In this document: positions 18,119 to 29,050 of the stretch, piece by piece | Layout: the number at the start of each line of letters is the position of its first letter | Position numbering within the stretch: position 1 is the first letter of the stretch | Virus record (IMG/VR): IMGVR_UViG_3300014775_001916 | Coordinates: 1 to 33,712 of that record | Length of the DNA: 33,712 nt | Direction: 5' to 3' (one strand) | DNA from: a virus | Lineage: Duplodnaviria; Caudoviricetes | Translations under genes and position numbers: made by a program | Notes under the pieces: model-generated | What the model was told of the DNA's origin: nothing | Databases searched by the model: none | The model's input: the letters and a program-made list of their open reading frames with translations, nothing else

Positions 18119-21100
18119 TTATCCATTATATAAATGTTGACTAATTTGAGCGTAACCGCTGTTTCCTGAAGTTAAAGTAAATAAAGCGAAATCAAATGTT
18201 AGCACAATATCATTAGTTACACCTGATAAAGAAGGAGACAACGCTAAATAGCTTGATTGATGGGTAAATGTAGCTTCATCAGTACCTAATATTACTTCAT
18301 CATCTGTAGATGCACTAACTCCAACACCCATACGAACTGAATTATTTGAAAAATCAAACAATCTGGTTGGGGTATTTTCTCTACCAGATAAAATAGTAGT
18401 ATATGACATGTCGTATGTTTGCTCATCAGATATGTTACCCACTGGTACTTGTAGTTGTGATTTAAATGAGTCAAAACTTACAAAAGATGAGTTATATGGT
18501 CCACCTCTTATTAAAGTACCTTCTACTATAGAAGACACAACAGGAGCATCTGTACCAGTGTGACCTAAGTAACCGTGCACATTGAAGTTAAAAATATCTG
18601 TGTCTGGTTTAAATAAGTCTAGTTTCTTGACATCATATTCATCTTTGTTTGTAATGTCGTAATACTGATTAAACATGTATACAGATGAACCGCTATCTTT
18701 AGCGAAAAAGTTTATAGATAATGTATTTTCTTTTTCGTTTAATGATATCATTGGTGTATTAATTGACATTATATTAATAAACTCACTAGAAGTTATAGGT
18801 AAAGAAGATTCAAAATATAAAGTAGGCTGACCTTCTACTGGCTCTTCAACATGAGAAATAATATTTTCTGGAATTACAAAACCTTTACCACTTAACACTT
18901 TATATGTGTTGAAATGCTCATTAATATTGTCTGTGCTCAATACTCCAATCATAGTTTTTAAAGATAACGTATTAGTAGAAGTATTGTTATTATTGTTAAA
19001 TTTTAAAATTTCCGGATAAATTATTTTATAGTTTGTACCTGATAAAAATGGATGCAATACAGTCTTTGTTAATAGAATTTCATCTCTAGACTCAATGTAA
19101 TAAACGTTTCCAAATTTTTCAAAATTCGAATCTTTTCCAGATAACGACATCATTACTTTGGTCGGGAGTACAGATGAGAAAGTATCTGTTTCAAAGTCGT
19201 ATGTAAATTTTTCTAAAATTAAAAACGAAGATGTTTCAATAATAATAACATCTTTAATAACATCAAAGTTTATTATGTTGTTATTAATCTCTGAGAATAT
19301 ATTTGTATCAATGCTATATTTTTCAAACACAGCTGATAATGAACTACTACTTGCTGGTCCAATTTCTGTTGAATGAACATTTCTAAAATATAAATCTCCT
19401 AAACTAACATTCTTCCTGTCATATGGTTGTACAACTGATGATACAACATCAGATCGAGATTTAAATTCAGTAGTAAAATTAGATAGCTGATAATTATAGT
19501 AAGGTGTTTTTGGAGTTGTGTATGTACCGGTAGTTGCAACATACAAGCTTTCATTCTCATTTGCTACACCGCTTTGAGTAGCAGAGTTAATTAAACTTCC
19601 AGATTCTTGTTCGCTGGTTTTTCTGACAGGTTTAGTATTTTTCAACAATGCATAATTGTTACCAAATATATCTGATTTCCATTCGTATGTTATAGTATCA
19701 GTGACAATTAAATCTTCTATTTTCTTATCAAATGGTGGCGTTGATAGAGGTTGTATTTTATATACATCTGGATTGCTCCATATATCTTTTTCCTCGCCTA
19801 CCCAGAAATCAAAATTGTCTGTAGACCTACTAATTCCAGAATCATTTAAAAGTAGCGATTCTTCTTTTGATTGATATGGATATAATTTTTGTAGTTTGTC
19901 ATCATTAACTACTTCACCTTCCTTAAGATGGTTTAATCTAGTGGCTTTAACTGAACTAACATCTTCGTAATGTTCGAGGGGCGAAGATTGGTCTACTTTA
20001 GTGTTACCTCTACCTGCTGCGAATTTTGTTGGATCAGGAAAGATGTAAATTGCATTAGGAACTAAATCATCTTTTTCAATCTCATAATATATTTCGAAAG
20101 ATTTATAGTTTAATATTCCTTGTTTGTTTGGTGTAAAGAATAATCCTATATTTGACTCAGGAGTTAAATTTAATTTATTAGATACTACAGCGTGTGATGA
20201 CCAGTATCTGTTAAGATAATTCGCAGCAGGATTTTCAGCTTTATATAAAACACCTGATACGTAATCTGTTGCAGTTGACCCGGTAGATAGATAGTAAAAA
20301 TCAGTACCGGAGAATTTTTCTGATAGTACACGCTGTTGGTCTAAAGATAAATTTTGAATTGTTTTTTCCTGACCTGTAAAAAACTCTCTTGGCAATCTAT
20401 CTAAATCATCAACAGTCTTTCTAATGTTTGCTGCTAATTGAAGATTTTCAGATGCTGCTAATGGTGTAGCTTCTTCAACTAATAATACATCAGGAATTTG
20501 ACTAAAAAGATCTGAAATTGCTCTATCTAAATCTACCCATATTCCGGGGTTTTTTTGTTCAACATTAGCTACAAATAAATCATATAATTGATCGTTTTTC
20601 TCATCAACGTATACTTCACGATCAACATCCGGATCTACATCAAAATAATGTTGATAATTGTCATAAAGAGGTTCAACGTCTATGCTTATGTTTTTATTAA
20701 TAGACGATAAATCAGGAAATACGGTAGTAGGATATAACTCTTTGAAATCAGGATCTAATAATAAATCAATTACTGTGTCTCTAATAGAATTTTTTGTTCC
20801 TTGTTCGCTACCTCTAAATTGTTTTCTAATTGACGATTCAGTTACAGCATTTCTACGTCTAACTAAATATTGAGTTATTTGCTTTATCTTTTTTACGTAA
20901 AAGGGAACTGCTAATTCAATTTCATGTTTGTTATTAAAGTCAATATTTGATAGAAATCTTCTCTCTTCAATAGTTGTAAAGTTTAAAGTGATATTCTTTA
21001 ATAAATCAACATATTGAGTTACTATTGAATCAGACTCTAGTGAAGATACTCCTCGTTTATCACTGTAGAAATTATTTACATATGTTCTATATTGCGTAAA

Positions 21101-21184
21101 CAAATCAGCTTCATCTGTAATTGAAGTAGACTGGATTTGCACCCATTCAATATAAGATAAAGGTTTTTCACGTAATTCTGCCAT
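18119..21184 (-). CDS. Large baseplate-associated structural protein
   Basis: 1021 aa ORF in the baseplate cluster; TATAAATA at 21198-21191, 6 nt upstream of ATG; no specific family recognised. Confidence 0.7.
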   Translation of the reverse strand: MAELREKPLSYIEWVQIQSTSITDEADLFTQYRTYVNNFYSDKRGVSSLESDSIVTQYVDLLKNITLNFTTIEERRFLSNIDFNNKHEIELAVPFYVKKIKQITQYLVRRRNAVTESSIRKQFRGSEQGTKNSIRDTVIDLLLDPDFKELYPTTVFPDLSSINKNISIDVEPLYDNYQHYFDVDPDVDREVYVDEKNDQLYDLFVANVEQKNPGIWVDLDRAISDLFSQIPDVLLVEEATPLAASENLQLAANIRKTVDDLDRLPREFFTGQEKTIQNLSLDQQRVLSEKFSGTDFYYLSTGSTATDYVSGVLYKAENPAANYLNRYWSSHAVVSNKLNLTPESNIGLFFTPNKQGILNYKSFEIYYEIEKDDLVPNAIYIFPDPTKFAAGRGNTKVDQSSPLEHYEDVSSVKATRLNHLKEGEVVNDDKLQKLYPYQSKEESLLLNDSGISRSTDNFDFWVGEEKDIWSNPDVYKIQPLSTPPFDKKIEDLIVTDTITYEWKSDIFGNNYALLKNTKPVRKTSEQESGSLINSATQSGVANENESLYVATTGTYTTPKTPYYNYQLSNFTTEFKSRSDVVSSVVQPYDRKNVSLGDLYFRNVHSTEIGPASSSSLSAVFEKYSIDTNIFSEINNNIINFDVIKDVIIIETSSFLILEKFTYDFETDTFSSVLPTKVMMSLSGKDSNFEKFGNVYYIESRDEILLTKTVLHPFLSGTNYKIIYPEILKFNNNNNTSTNTLSLKTMIGVLSTDNINEHFNTYKVLSGKGFVIPENIISHVEEPVEGQPTLYFESSLPITSSEFINIMSINTPMISLNEKENTLSINFFAKDSGSSVYMFNQYYDITNKDEYDVKKLDLFKPDTDIFNFNVHGYLGHTGTDAPVVSSIVEGTLIRGGPYNSSFVSFDSFKSQLQVPVGNISDEQTYDMSYTTILSGRENTPTRLFDFSNNSVRMGVGVSASTDDEVILGTDEATFTHQSSYLALSPSLSGVTNDIVLTFDFALFTLTSGNSGYAQISQHLYNG

Positions 21185-21205
21185 TTTTAATATTTATATG
21201 TATGT

Positions 21206-24200
21206 TTAAAGCACGCCAGGTGTATATGCAGACAGAGTATCAGTAAATAATCCTAATCCTTTTCTAAGCTCAAAATCGATTAAACTGTCAACTATTCCAT
21301 CATCTTCAGTCCATTCTTCTACGCTGCTGCTGGATCTTAAAAGAGTTGTTTGAGGGTTATTCCAATCTATAACACCTTCAACTAACTCATTAGTAAATCC
21401 AGATGTATGCTCATAAAACTTTATAGTATCTTTAATCTCTGTTCCTGATATACCTTCAACAATATTCCATCCCCAATATGGTGTGAATGCGCTCAATGGA
21501 TAACTAGATAAAGCACTATATTTTGCTATGTAATTAGGACTTGTCGTACTTCCTCTACCTGAACTTTCATATGGTGATACATGTCCAGTAATAATTTTTT
21601 GTACTTCACCGTTAAACAAATATTTTGCTACTAACGGTTGATCTGCTGAAACAACATAAGTTGTAACGTCAAGCTCTTCACCTAAATTTGTAGGATTAAA
21701 TATACTACCCGGTCTTGTAAGATCGTAATCAGAATCATCAACTTCTAATGTACCCCAAAGCTTGGAATGAGAGATACTTACTAGATCAGCAATTCGCTTT
21801 AATCTCCCGGGGTAAATTAAATTGTAGTTATTAATATCTACATTGTACATTTTACACAACGAATACAGAGAGTTAATACTACAAGTATCTATATCGTTAT
21901 GGTTGTCAACGAAGTTAGCAATTTTTTCATATGTAACTCTACCTAGGGAATTTATATCACCACTAGTATTACCAACAATAGTTCCTAAGAAGTCATCAAA
22001 CAATACTGTGTTTTCTGATAATTGAGGGTTAAATACACTATCTTTAATATTTTGCTGTGGGTTGAAATTTTCATTAACTTTAGTAACAGTAAATCTACCA
22101 CCCGAATCATATACGCTAAACGTAGTTTCGCCTTCCACAACTCTTTCACCGGTTGTATTCTTATATTTGTTTAACCATCTGTATCCTGTCCAATCTCCTT
22201 TAGCTGATGTTTTACCATATACAAATCCAGTGATTGCACTAGCTGGCGACTGTAAATTATTAAGGGAAAATGACGCACTCAATGTAGGTTTATCTGATGG
22301 TATACTATAAACTTTATTTTCAAAACTATTAATAACTAACACGTTATTATACGTATCTACGCTAATACCACCTATATGATGAGCTTGAGCTGTAAGAGGG
22401 TCAAATTTTGATCCATCAATTGGTGATATACTATTGATTAAAGGACCGTTATCAGCTACAAAGTCAGATACGTAAGTATCGTCTCTAACTACTAAACTTT
22501 GTAATATATCACCTGCAGTGTTAAGTTGTGTAATTGTGTCAATGTTGTCGCTTACCCATAAGTTTTGATTGTTATCAACAACAACATGTTCAGGATTAAT
22601 AAATCCACTAACTGAGAATAATAACGACCCTGAGGTGTTAAATTTATATATCTTATCTGATGGTCTTCTAATTGCTGTTATAGCATTGGTTACTGTTCCT
22701 GTAGTAGTCGCTGCTTGATTAAACACACCAATATATGGTTTCACAATAACAGTAGTTGTAGTTGCGTTACCACTAACTGTATCAACTAAGAAATCTCCAT
22801 TATACCATACAGTATCATCTGCAGCTCCAGCAAATCCAGTTACTTCTAAAATTTCACCTGAAGATATAAAAAATGTATTTGTTGTAAATACGAACTCAAA
22901 ATTGTTGCCTGCTCTTTTTACTGCAGATCCAGTAACTCCTAAAGCAGATAGTGAATTCACATAATCTGTATTATATATTTCATTTTTATACCCACTAATA
23001 TGTCTTATAGGATTTTTAACGGAAACCCAAAGATTGTCGCGATTATCAACTACCATATCTGTTGGTATATTTGGTTGATTAAATTTGTATTCGGAAGCTA
23101 AATTATCTGATTCGGTGTATTTTTGAATAAACCCACTAACAGGATTTGTATAACCTATATGAACGCTTCCGTTTTTACCTGTTTCAACTATTGAAGGTGA
23201 ATGAGTATTATTATCACCTGTAGTATCAACAACAACATCAACGCCGTTTTTAACGCTTAACTTATTTGTACCTGAAGTTACTGATGAATATGTTAAGTTG
23301 TCAGATGTGTATACATCAGCTATTCTTCCGTTATCCGCGCTTAATTTAACTACTAACGATACACCAGGTATTGCTACATAATAATTTCTATCCTCATCTA
23401 TAGCTACACTAGTTGAACTTACAGACGGAAAAAGTGGACTTCCAACATAATAGTCAGCAACTACGTCTATAGTTTGATCTAACGGGTCATCTTGTAATAT
23501 ATTAGTTCTGTAATCTACATGTAATGAGTCAGGTTGATTATACGTATCAATACCAGATATTGATGTTGATTTAGTATTTGCAAGATATACTTGAACTTTG
23601 TTATTGCTTAAATCATCAGAAACAAATGTAACTGCTAGAGGTGATCTAATATCAGTTAATTGTTCTCTATTCCCTTCAACAGCTGTTAAAGATGTTATTT
23701 TGATATCTTTAGAATTTTCAATAATACCTGTTGAGTTGTTTGTAACAAAGTTATTACGGAATAATATTCTCGACTCTAATCCGTGATCATTGTTAGTAAC
23801 ATATCCGAAATTAATATCCTTAGGAAAATTAGGAATATCATTTAAAATGACTTTCCCTGCTAATTTAACGTTATCACTTGTATCGATAGGTAAGAAAAAT
23901 CCTCTATATAAACCAGATAACGATGAAGGTAGTTGAGTATCTGTCTCGTTAAAATAATGAGTACTTAATAATGTAGTATTTGTAAAATTACTATCACTAC
24001 CACTAATAGTACTAAGAGATACTGTATATAGATCTGTAGGTTCAGCAGCTCCTGCAACAGCAGGTAAAATATTCAATGGAGGATATAATCTTGCTAAACT
24101 GTCATAATTTCCTTCTAAAGTAACAAAATAAGGTACATTAATTAATTGATATTTTATCTTAGATAGTGACATAGATAAAATACCTGAAGAGTTAAATGAT

Positions 24201-25171
24201 ATACGTTGAGCAGGATTTATTTTAACTCTAATAGGTATAGTTAAGCTAAAACTTTCGAAATATTTTTCTAAACTAAAACTATCTAATTTTCCATATAACG
24301 ATTGCGCGTAATGTGGGAATTGTGTTGTGTCTAATGACGCAAAAGCAAATACAAAATCATTATCCAGTTTTGGAGTTGAATCAACATACAAAAATTCACA
24401 CGAACCTGTAGTGCCAACAAATACAGTGTCTTTCGCAGAAACCGATGTTAGATAATCTCCCGTAACTCTTTGATAATATTGACCTCCATGTCTACTAGGA
24501 GATAATTTAACATAATATATGTCTTCATTATTAACAGTACTAAGACTTTGTATAGGTGTATACGATAATTCGTTATTATTTGCTGTTACTGGCTTAAAAA
24601 AGCTCCAAGTATTATCTAAATGAGACCATTTAAAATTCTCATAGTCGTCAATATTAAGTTGTTTACTAGTAGACCCGCTAGCATATAAATTAATTGTGTA
24701 TCCGGTCGCAGAAACTGCATTATGAGGTTGCCAACTACTTTGGCGAGAAACGGATATTCTATTTACTCTTGAATTAGCTGGTACGTTAAAAACGTTAATA
24801 GCATCTGATGTTACAAGATCAAGTTGATCGTTTAAAAAGTTTGAAACTGATAACTGTTTAGTTTCTGTGCTTAAATATTCTTGGCCACCGCTAGTATATC
24901 CAATAACACTAACAGTATAAATTCCAGGGTATTGGTAAATGTGCTCCGCGCTTATACCTTTTGTTCTAGTACCGTCTCCTAAATCCCATACAAAATAATC
25001 ATTACTTATCCAAGGTGGATTTCTGTGAACAGGTGCTGATGAGCTGGTCTCGAATACAAACGTAGTTAATTTATTTGTATATCCAGAAAGAGTGTTAACA
25101 CCACCGTTATTGACAGTGCTAACACCACCTGTAACGGTAAAAGGAATTTTAATATGTTTATCGACTGCCAT
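21206..25171 (-). CDS. Large baseplate wedge-associated protein with PKD domain and beta-propeller (positional gp7 analogue)
   Basis: 1321 aa; PKD motif FVWDLGDG...HIYQYPGIYTVSV; propeller blades VVDNRDNLWVS, VVDNNQNLWVS; TAATG-coupled to the gp6-like gene. Confidence 0.7.
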   Translation of the reverse strand: MAVDKHIKIPFTVTGGVSTVNNGGVNTLSGYTNKLTTFVFETSSSAPVHRNPPWISNDYFVWDLGDGTRTKGISAEHIYQYPGIYTVSVIGYTSGGQEYLSTETKQLSVSNFLNDQLDLVTSDAINVFNVPANSRVNRISVSRQSSWQPHNAVSATGYTINLYASGSTSKQLNIDDYENFKWSHLDNTWSFFKPVTANNNELSYTPIQSLSTVNNEDIYYVKLSPSRHGGQYYQRVTGDYLTSVSAKDTVFVGTTGSCEFLYVDSTPKLDNDFVFAFASLDTTQFPHYAQSLYGKLDSFSLEKYFESFSLTIPIRVKINPAQRISFNSSGILSMSLSKIKYQLINVPYFVTLEGNYDSLARLYPPLNILPAVAGAAEPTDLYTVSLSTISGSDSNFTNTTLLSTHYFNETDTQLPSSLSGLYRGFFLPIDTSDNVKLAGKVILNDIPNFPKDINFGYVTNNDHGLESRILFRNNFVTNNSTGIIENSKDIKITSLTAVEGNREQLTDIRSPLAVTFVSDDLSNNKVQVYLANTKSTSISGIDTYNQPDSLHVDYRTNILQDDPLDQTIDVVADYYVGSPLFPSVSSTSVAIDEDRNYYVAIPGVSLVVKLSADNGRIADVYTSDNLTYSSVTSGTNKLSVKNGVDVVVDTTGDNNTHSPSIVETGKNGSVHIGYTNPVSGFIQKYTESDNLASEYKFNQPNIPTDMVVDNRDNLWVSVKNPIRHISGYKNEIYNTDYVNSLSALGVTGSAVKRAGNNFEFVFTTNTFFISSGEILEVTGFAGAADDTVWYNGDFLVDTVSGNATTTTVIVKPYIGVFNQAATTTGTVTNAITAIRRPSDKIYKFNTSGSLLFSVSGFINPEHVVVDNNQNLWVSDNIDTITQLNTAGDILQSLVVRDDTYVSDFVADNGPLINSISPIDGSKFDPLTAQAHHIGGISVDTYNNVLVINSFENKVYSIPSDKPTLSASFSLNNLQSPASAITGFVYGKTSAKGDWTGYRWLNKYKNTTGERVVEGETTFSVYDSGGRFTVTKVNENFNPQQNIKDSVFNPQLSENTVLFDDFLGTIVGNTSGDINSLGRVTYEKIANFVDNHNDIDTCSINSLYSLCKMYNVDINNYNLIYPGRLKRIADLVSISHSKLWGTLEVDDSDYDLTRPGSIFNPTNLGEELDVTTYVVSADQPLVAKYLFNGEVQKIITGHVSPYESSGRGSTTSPNYIAKYSALSSYPLSAFTPYWGWNIVEGISGTEIKDTIKFYEHTSGFTNELVEGVIDWNNPQTTLLRSSSSVEEWTEDDGIVDSLIDFELRKGLGLFTDTLSAYTPGVL

Positions 25172-26973
25172 TATACTGCTACCACGTCAATCTTATTTAG
25201 AAAATTTGTAGAGTCATACAAATATGGAAATTTAAAATAAGGTAATGTTAGATCAGCGCTTATTATTCGAATATCTTGTACAGGATAGACTGGATTCCAA
25301 ATAAGAAAATTAATACCTTCGGTCGTCTGTCCGGTATCTGTTCTTACAGTGAAAATTTTATCCACTCCTTCAATATCATTTATATTGTTTCCTATCGAAG
25401 TAATAGCAACAGTATCACCGAGCTTAACATTGTTAAAAAATGAATTGATTACTCCATTAATTTCATTTTTAATGCTTGATAAGCTTCTTGAACTTCCTAC
25501 TTCTCTTTCTATTCTAAAAATTGTATTTTGTACTAATCCTGTGCCTAATGTTTCAACTGTTGGGTCAAACGTGCCTGGCGAAACAGCCATATACACCGGA
25601 TCCATTAATATAGGTTCACTTGTGATAACTTTTTTATCTCTAATACCATCTAAAACTGCATTTTTTTGTGCTGAAGACAGGTATGTGGATCTTACAATTG
25701 TGCTGGCTCCTCTTTTAACTCTAGGAACACAATACATATATACATTATTAAAATCACAAGCATCAGCAAATAAAGCTTGATTTAGAACTGTTCTTGAATC
25801 TAACTTTGAGGGTGTAGATTGATCTAAATTTGTAATTAGGTAATCTAAATGACCGTTAACGTATTCTTCATTATTTACAACTTTTATACTGTCAATAAAA
25901 TTATTGTAATTTTGAATTACAAAACTTTCGAAGTCATTTTTGGATAATAGCCTATGTTGGGCTGAAAATACTTTCGGAGCGCGCTCTCTTATGTCGTCTA
26001 CAGTTTCACCTGTAAAAAATTCAGAAGACGCATTAACGTTAGAAAAAATAATATTGTTTAAGACTGTTTGAGTTGAGTAATTGATGTTTGAATCTTTTAC
26101 TTGATCAAATATTGATCTAAACTGTACAGTGTTGAATAATATTGGTGATGCATTGTCTATTGCGCCAGGACCAACAACACCATTTTCACCGTTACTTCTT
26201 AAATAGTAAATTGCAACAGTATCGTTAGCGTTTAACCTTTTACCTGTACGATTATTTCCAAATTTTATTTCATATCTACCATTCTCGTTATATCTAAGCT
26301 CGTAAGCTTTAGATTCTGACGATTCCAAATATAATGAGTCAACTCGTTCCCATTTTGAATATACATTAGTTTGAGCATCTCTAACGTATACGTCAATACT
26401 AAAATGGTCTATAATTACATCACCAGGTATTAATGTAACGGTCTCAAAATCATCTCCTAAAGCAGTTACTAATGGATACTCTTGATATTTTCCTTGATAT
26501 AATAAATTAGATTCACTAAAATCAGATAAATTTTCTCTTGTTGAAAGTATTTTATTAAATGAAGCGTCTTTAATAAAACTATATGGAACACCTCCTGCAA
26601 TAATAGAAGAATATCTAGGTATTGTATATGAAGATTGTGATACAAATTCGTTTGCTACTGCTTCAAATGCTAAGTTACAAGATTGAGTACCTATAGGTTT
26701 GTAATCTAATGATTTAACAATTCTATTCATGTTTTCATATAACTCTGCTTCTGTGAATGTAGCTTCAGAACTTGTTTGATTCAAATAATATAACAGTACA
26801 TGATAACTATAAGCTATAATATCAATGAAGCTGGAGATATTACTACCTTCAAAATTTTGACCTGTAAACGTGGAGTTTTCATTTAACCGATCACGTATCA
26901 ATTGTTTAATACTTGTCGCGTCAAATGTTGCGTATGCATCTTTTGGTAATGTAAAGTCAGTTTTATTTGCCAT
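25171..26973 (-). CDS. gp6: Baseplate wedge subunit, T4 gp6-like
   Basis: FDATSIKQLI...FTGQNFEGSNISSFIDIIAY, YEIKFGNNRTGK, YLRSNGENG, ETVDDIRERAPKVFSAQHRLLSKNDFE match gp6/baseplate-J hallmarks; adjacent to gp25. Confidence 0.88.
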   Translation of the reverse strand: MANKTDFTLPKDAYATFDATSIKQLIRDRLNENSTFTGQNFEGSNISSFIDIIAYSYHVLLYYLNQTSSEATFTEAELYENMNRIVKSLDYKPIGTQSCNLAFEAVANEFVSQSSYTIPRYSSIIAGGVPYSFIKDASFNKILSTRENLSDFSESNLLYQGKYQEYPLVTALGDDFETVTLIPGDVIIDHFSIDVYVRDAQTNVYSKWERVDSLYLESSESKAYELRYNENGRYEIKFGNNRTGKRLNANDTVAIYYLRSNGENGVVGPGAIDNASPILFNTVQFRSIFDQVKDSNINYSTQTVLNNIIFSNVNASSEFFTGETVDDIRERAPKVFSAQHRLLSKNDFESFVIQNYNNFIDSIKVVNNEEYVNGHLDYLITNLDQSTPSKLDSRTVLNQALFADACDFNNVYMYCVPRVKRGASTIVRSTYLSSAQKNAVLDGIRDKKVITSEPILMDPVYMAVSPGTFDPTVETLGTGLVQNTIFRIEREVGSSRSLSSIKNEINGVINSFFNNVKLGDTVAITSIGNNINDIEGVDKIFTVRTDTGQTTEGINFLIWNPVYPVQDIRIISADLTLPYFKFPYLYDSTNFLNKIDVVAV

Positions 26974-26974
26974 A

Positions 26975-27496
26975 TTAAATGTCTCCGTCGAATATAAATC
27001 CTCTATTGTTAAGTGCCCCGTTTAATTTAACTGGTACTATTGAACTATCTCTAAAAGAAATAGCAAATGATATTTGATATTCACCTTGATCAGGGTAACC
27101 TAAAACGTCTAAATGATCGATTTTTATTCTTGGTTCAAATTCAGTTACATTTTCGAGTATTGTTCTACCGATTAAATCTGCTGTAATTTGATTTACCGGG
27201 TCGAACAGGAACTTTTGTAAGTTTATACCAAAAAATGGATTTGTTAATCGCTGGCCAGGTGATGTATTAAACAAGTTAGTTAAACTTTGTTTAATATCTT
27301 TAGCGTCTCTTAGATCTTTCAAATCAAACACGTTTGTTACTCTATTGACAGGTACATTACCAGAGTCTGTATCAAACTCTAAATCAAATGATAGGTCTTT
27401 ATAGGTGTATTCATTCAATACACCTGGTCTAGGATTTTGTTCATCTCTAGTAACTAAAGGGTTACTTTTCTCAATATTGTCTATACGTATCGGCAC
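26975..27496 (-). CDS. gp25: Baseplate wedge subunit, T4 gp25-like
   Basis: YKDLSFDL, IKQSLTNLFNTSPGQRLTNPFFGINLQKFLFDP, FEPRIKI; GTG start with TAAATA 6 nt upstream. Confidence 0.9.
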   Translation of the reverse strand: MPIRIDNIEKSNPLVTRDEQNPRPGVLNEYTYKDLSFDLEFDTDSGNVPVNRVTNVFDLKDLRDAKDIKQSLTNLFNTSPGQRLTNPFFGINLQKFLFDPVNQITADLIGRTILENVTEFEPRIKIDHLDVLGYPDQGEYQISFAISFRDSSIVPVKLNGALNNRGFIFDGDI

Positions 27497-27571
27497 TATG
27501 ATTATTTAGGTCTTTTTTTTTATTCTAAAGCCTGTGTTTTAATATCGTATGAAAATAAATACTATTACATC

Positions 27572-28129
27572 ATGAGTAACAAATTCAACACGATTATTGA
27601 GGAAAATATGCGACGATATCAACAAAACACGTTGATCGTTGGAGACAGAGTAAAATTTATAGATGGCTTTGAAAATCACGAGTGGACTAAAACCCAACCT
27701 GTATTAAAAGTAGAAAGACTTAGAGCTTTAATTGAAGGCGGTCAAAACATACGAATCACTGCTGTTAAAACAGATAGACCTAATACGTCCGAATCTGGTC
27801 ATTTTGAAATCGTAGACGGTGTTTATTATGATATTGTTGAAGAGATTGCTCCTGGTAGATACGGTCATTTATTCACAGTTCCATCTAATCTTGTTGAGCA
27901 TCTAGATGATTATCCAAATATAGCTGGTGACACTCCAAGTCAACAGGTAAAAGATGATCCAACGCATATTAACACCAAAGAAGTTACTGTTGAGGACAAT
28001 GAACTTGGACCCAAGAATCAAACAGACGCGCATGGTGGTGATTTGAGTTTAAATAATACAAATGTTGATCTGGGAGGTAAGGAACCAACTCCAGGTGAAT
28101 CATATACTAAAAAATATATTGAAGATTAA
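27572..28129 (+). CDS. Hypothetical late protein (acidic C-terminus)
   Basis: 185 aa; AATAAATA 10 nt upstream of ATG; its stop overlaps the convergent clamp loader stop. Confidence 0.75.
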   Translation: MSNKFNTIIEENMRRYQQNTLIVGDRVKFIDGFENHEWTKTQPVLKVERLRALIEGGQNIRITAVKTDRPNTSESGHFEIVDGVYYDIVEEIAPGRYGHLFTVPSNLVEHLDDYPNIAGDTPSQQVKDDPTHINTKEVTVEDNELGPKNQTDAHGGDLSLNNTNVDLGGKEPTPGESYTKKYIED

Positions 28130-29049
28130 TTGTTAGCAAGTTGAATTAAACAACTATAACAATTGATCTCTTGATCTGCAACAAATGCACTTCGATATAA
28201 TGCTTCGGCAATAACAATCAAGTGCATTTTCTTTTTATTTTCATCTATTGAAGTGTTTGTATCTACATAATTAAATATAGTTCTTAACAATACTGGGTAA
28301 TCAGCATTAAATGTCTCTTCATTTTCAATGATATATTTACGGAGCTTTAAAACGTGACCGCTATCAAGTAATAACCAAATTTTCTTTGCAAACTCATCGC
28401 AATTATGAGTATTAGTAATGCGAAGTTTCCTATCAATACAAAATTTTTGAACTTCATTAATTATCTTACGTAAATCCGGGTAATTACCTTTTACGAATTT
28501 TACTAATTGTTCATTTTGCTCCTGGGATACTGTAATACCTTCACAGTTTAGAATATAATTGATACGCTCAATACACCCGTCTTTTGGAGGTGTCAAGTCA
28601 AGACTTTGACATCTACTCTGTAATGCTGGTATAACTCTATGTCCGTAATTTGCAGTTAATACAAATCGAGTACGCTCTGAATACTCTTCCATTGTATTAC
28701 GAAGAGCTCGTTGAGCATCTTGACTTAAACCATCACACTCGTCTAAAATAATAACTTTAATTTTACCGTCTAAGCTCATTGTTTGAGCAAACTGTACGAC
28801 TTTTGATCTAATTGTATCAATACCATTTTCATCTGATGCATTTATATACAAATACTGACATCTTAATGCATTATTTACAATAATTTTGGCTAATGTAGTC
28901 TTACCAACACCTGGAGAACCGACTAGCAATAAGTTCGGTATCTCATGATTATCAATATAGTTGTTGATAATATCATAATTTTTTGAACTAACAATTAGAT
29001 CAGTAATTGTTTTTGGCCTATATTTTTCTACCCAAAGATTTTCAAACAT
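28126..29049 (-). CDS. gp44: Sliding clamp loader AAA+ subunit (T4 gp44 / RFC small subunit-like)
   Basis: LWVEKYRPKT, GSPGVGKTT, INASDENGIDTIR, ILDECDGLS, ALQSRC, YPDLRKIIN; start moved to ATG 29049 (TAA-T-ATG junction with dut). Confidence 0.92.
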   Translation of the reverse strand: MFENLWVEKYRPKTITDLIVSSKNYDIINNYIDNHEIPNLLLVGSPGVGKTTLAKIIVNNALRCQYLYINASDENGIDTIRSKVVQFAQTMSLDGKIKVIILDECDGLSQDAQRALRNTMEEYSERTRFVLTANYGHRVIPALQSRCQSLDLTPPKDGCIERINYILNCEGITVSQEQNEQLVKFVKGNYPDLRKIINEVQKFCIDRKLRITNTHNCDEFAKKIWLLLDSGHVLKLRKYIIENEETFNADYPVLLRTIFNYVDTNTSIDENKKKMHLIVIAEALYRSAFVADQEINCYSCLIQLANN

Positions 29050-29050
29050 A

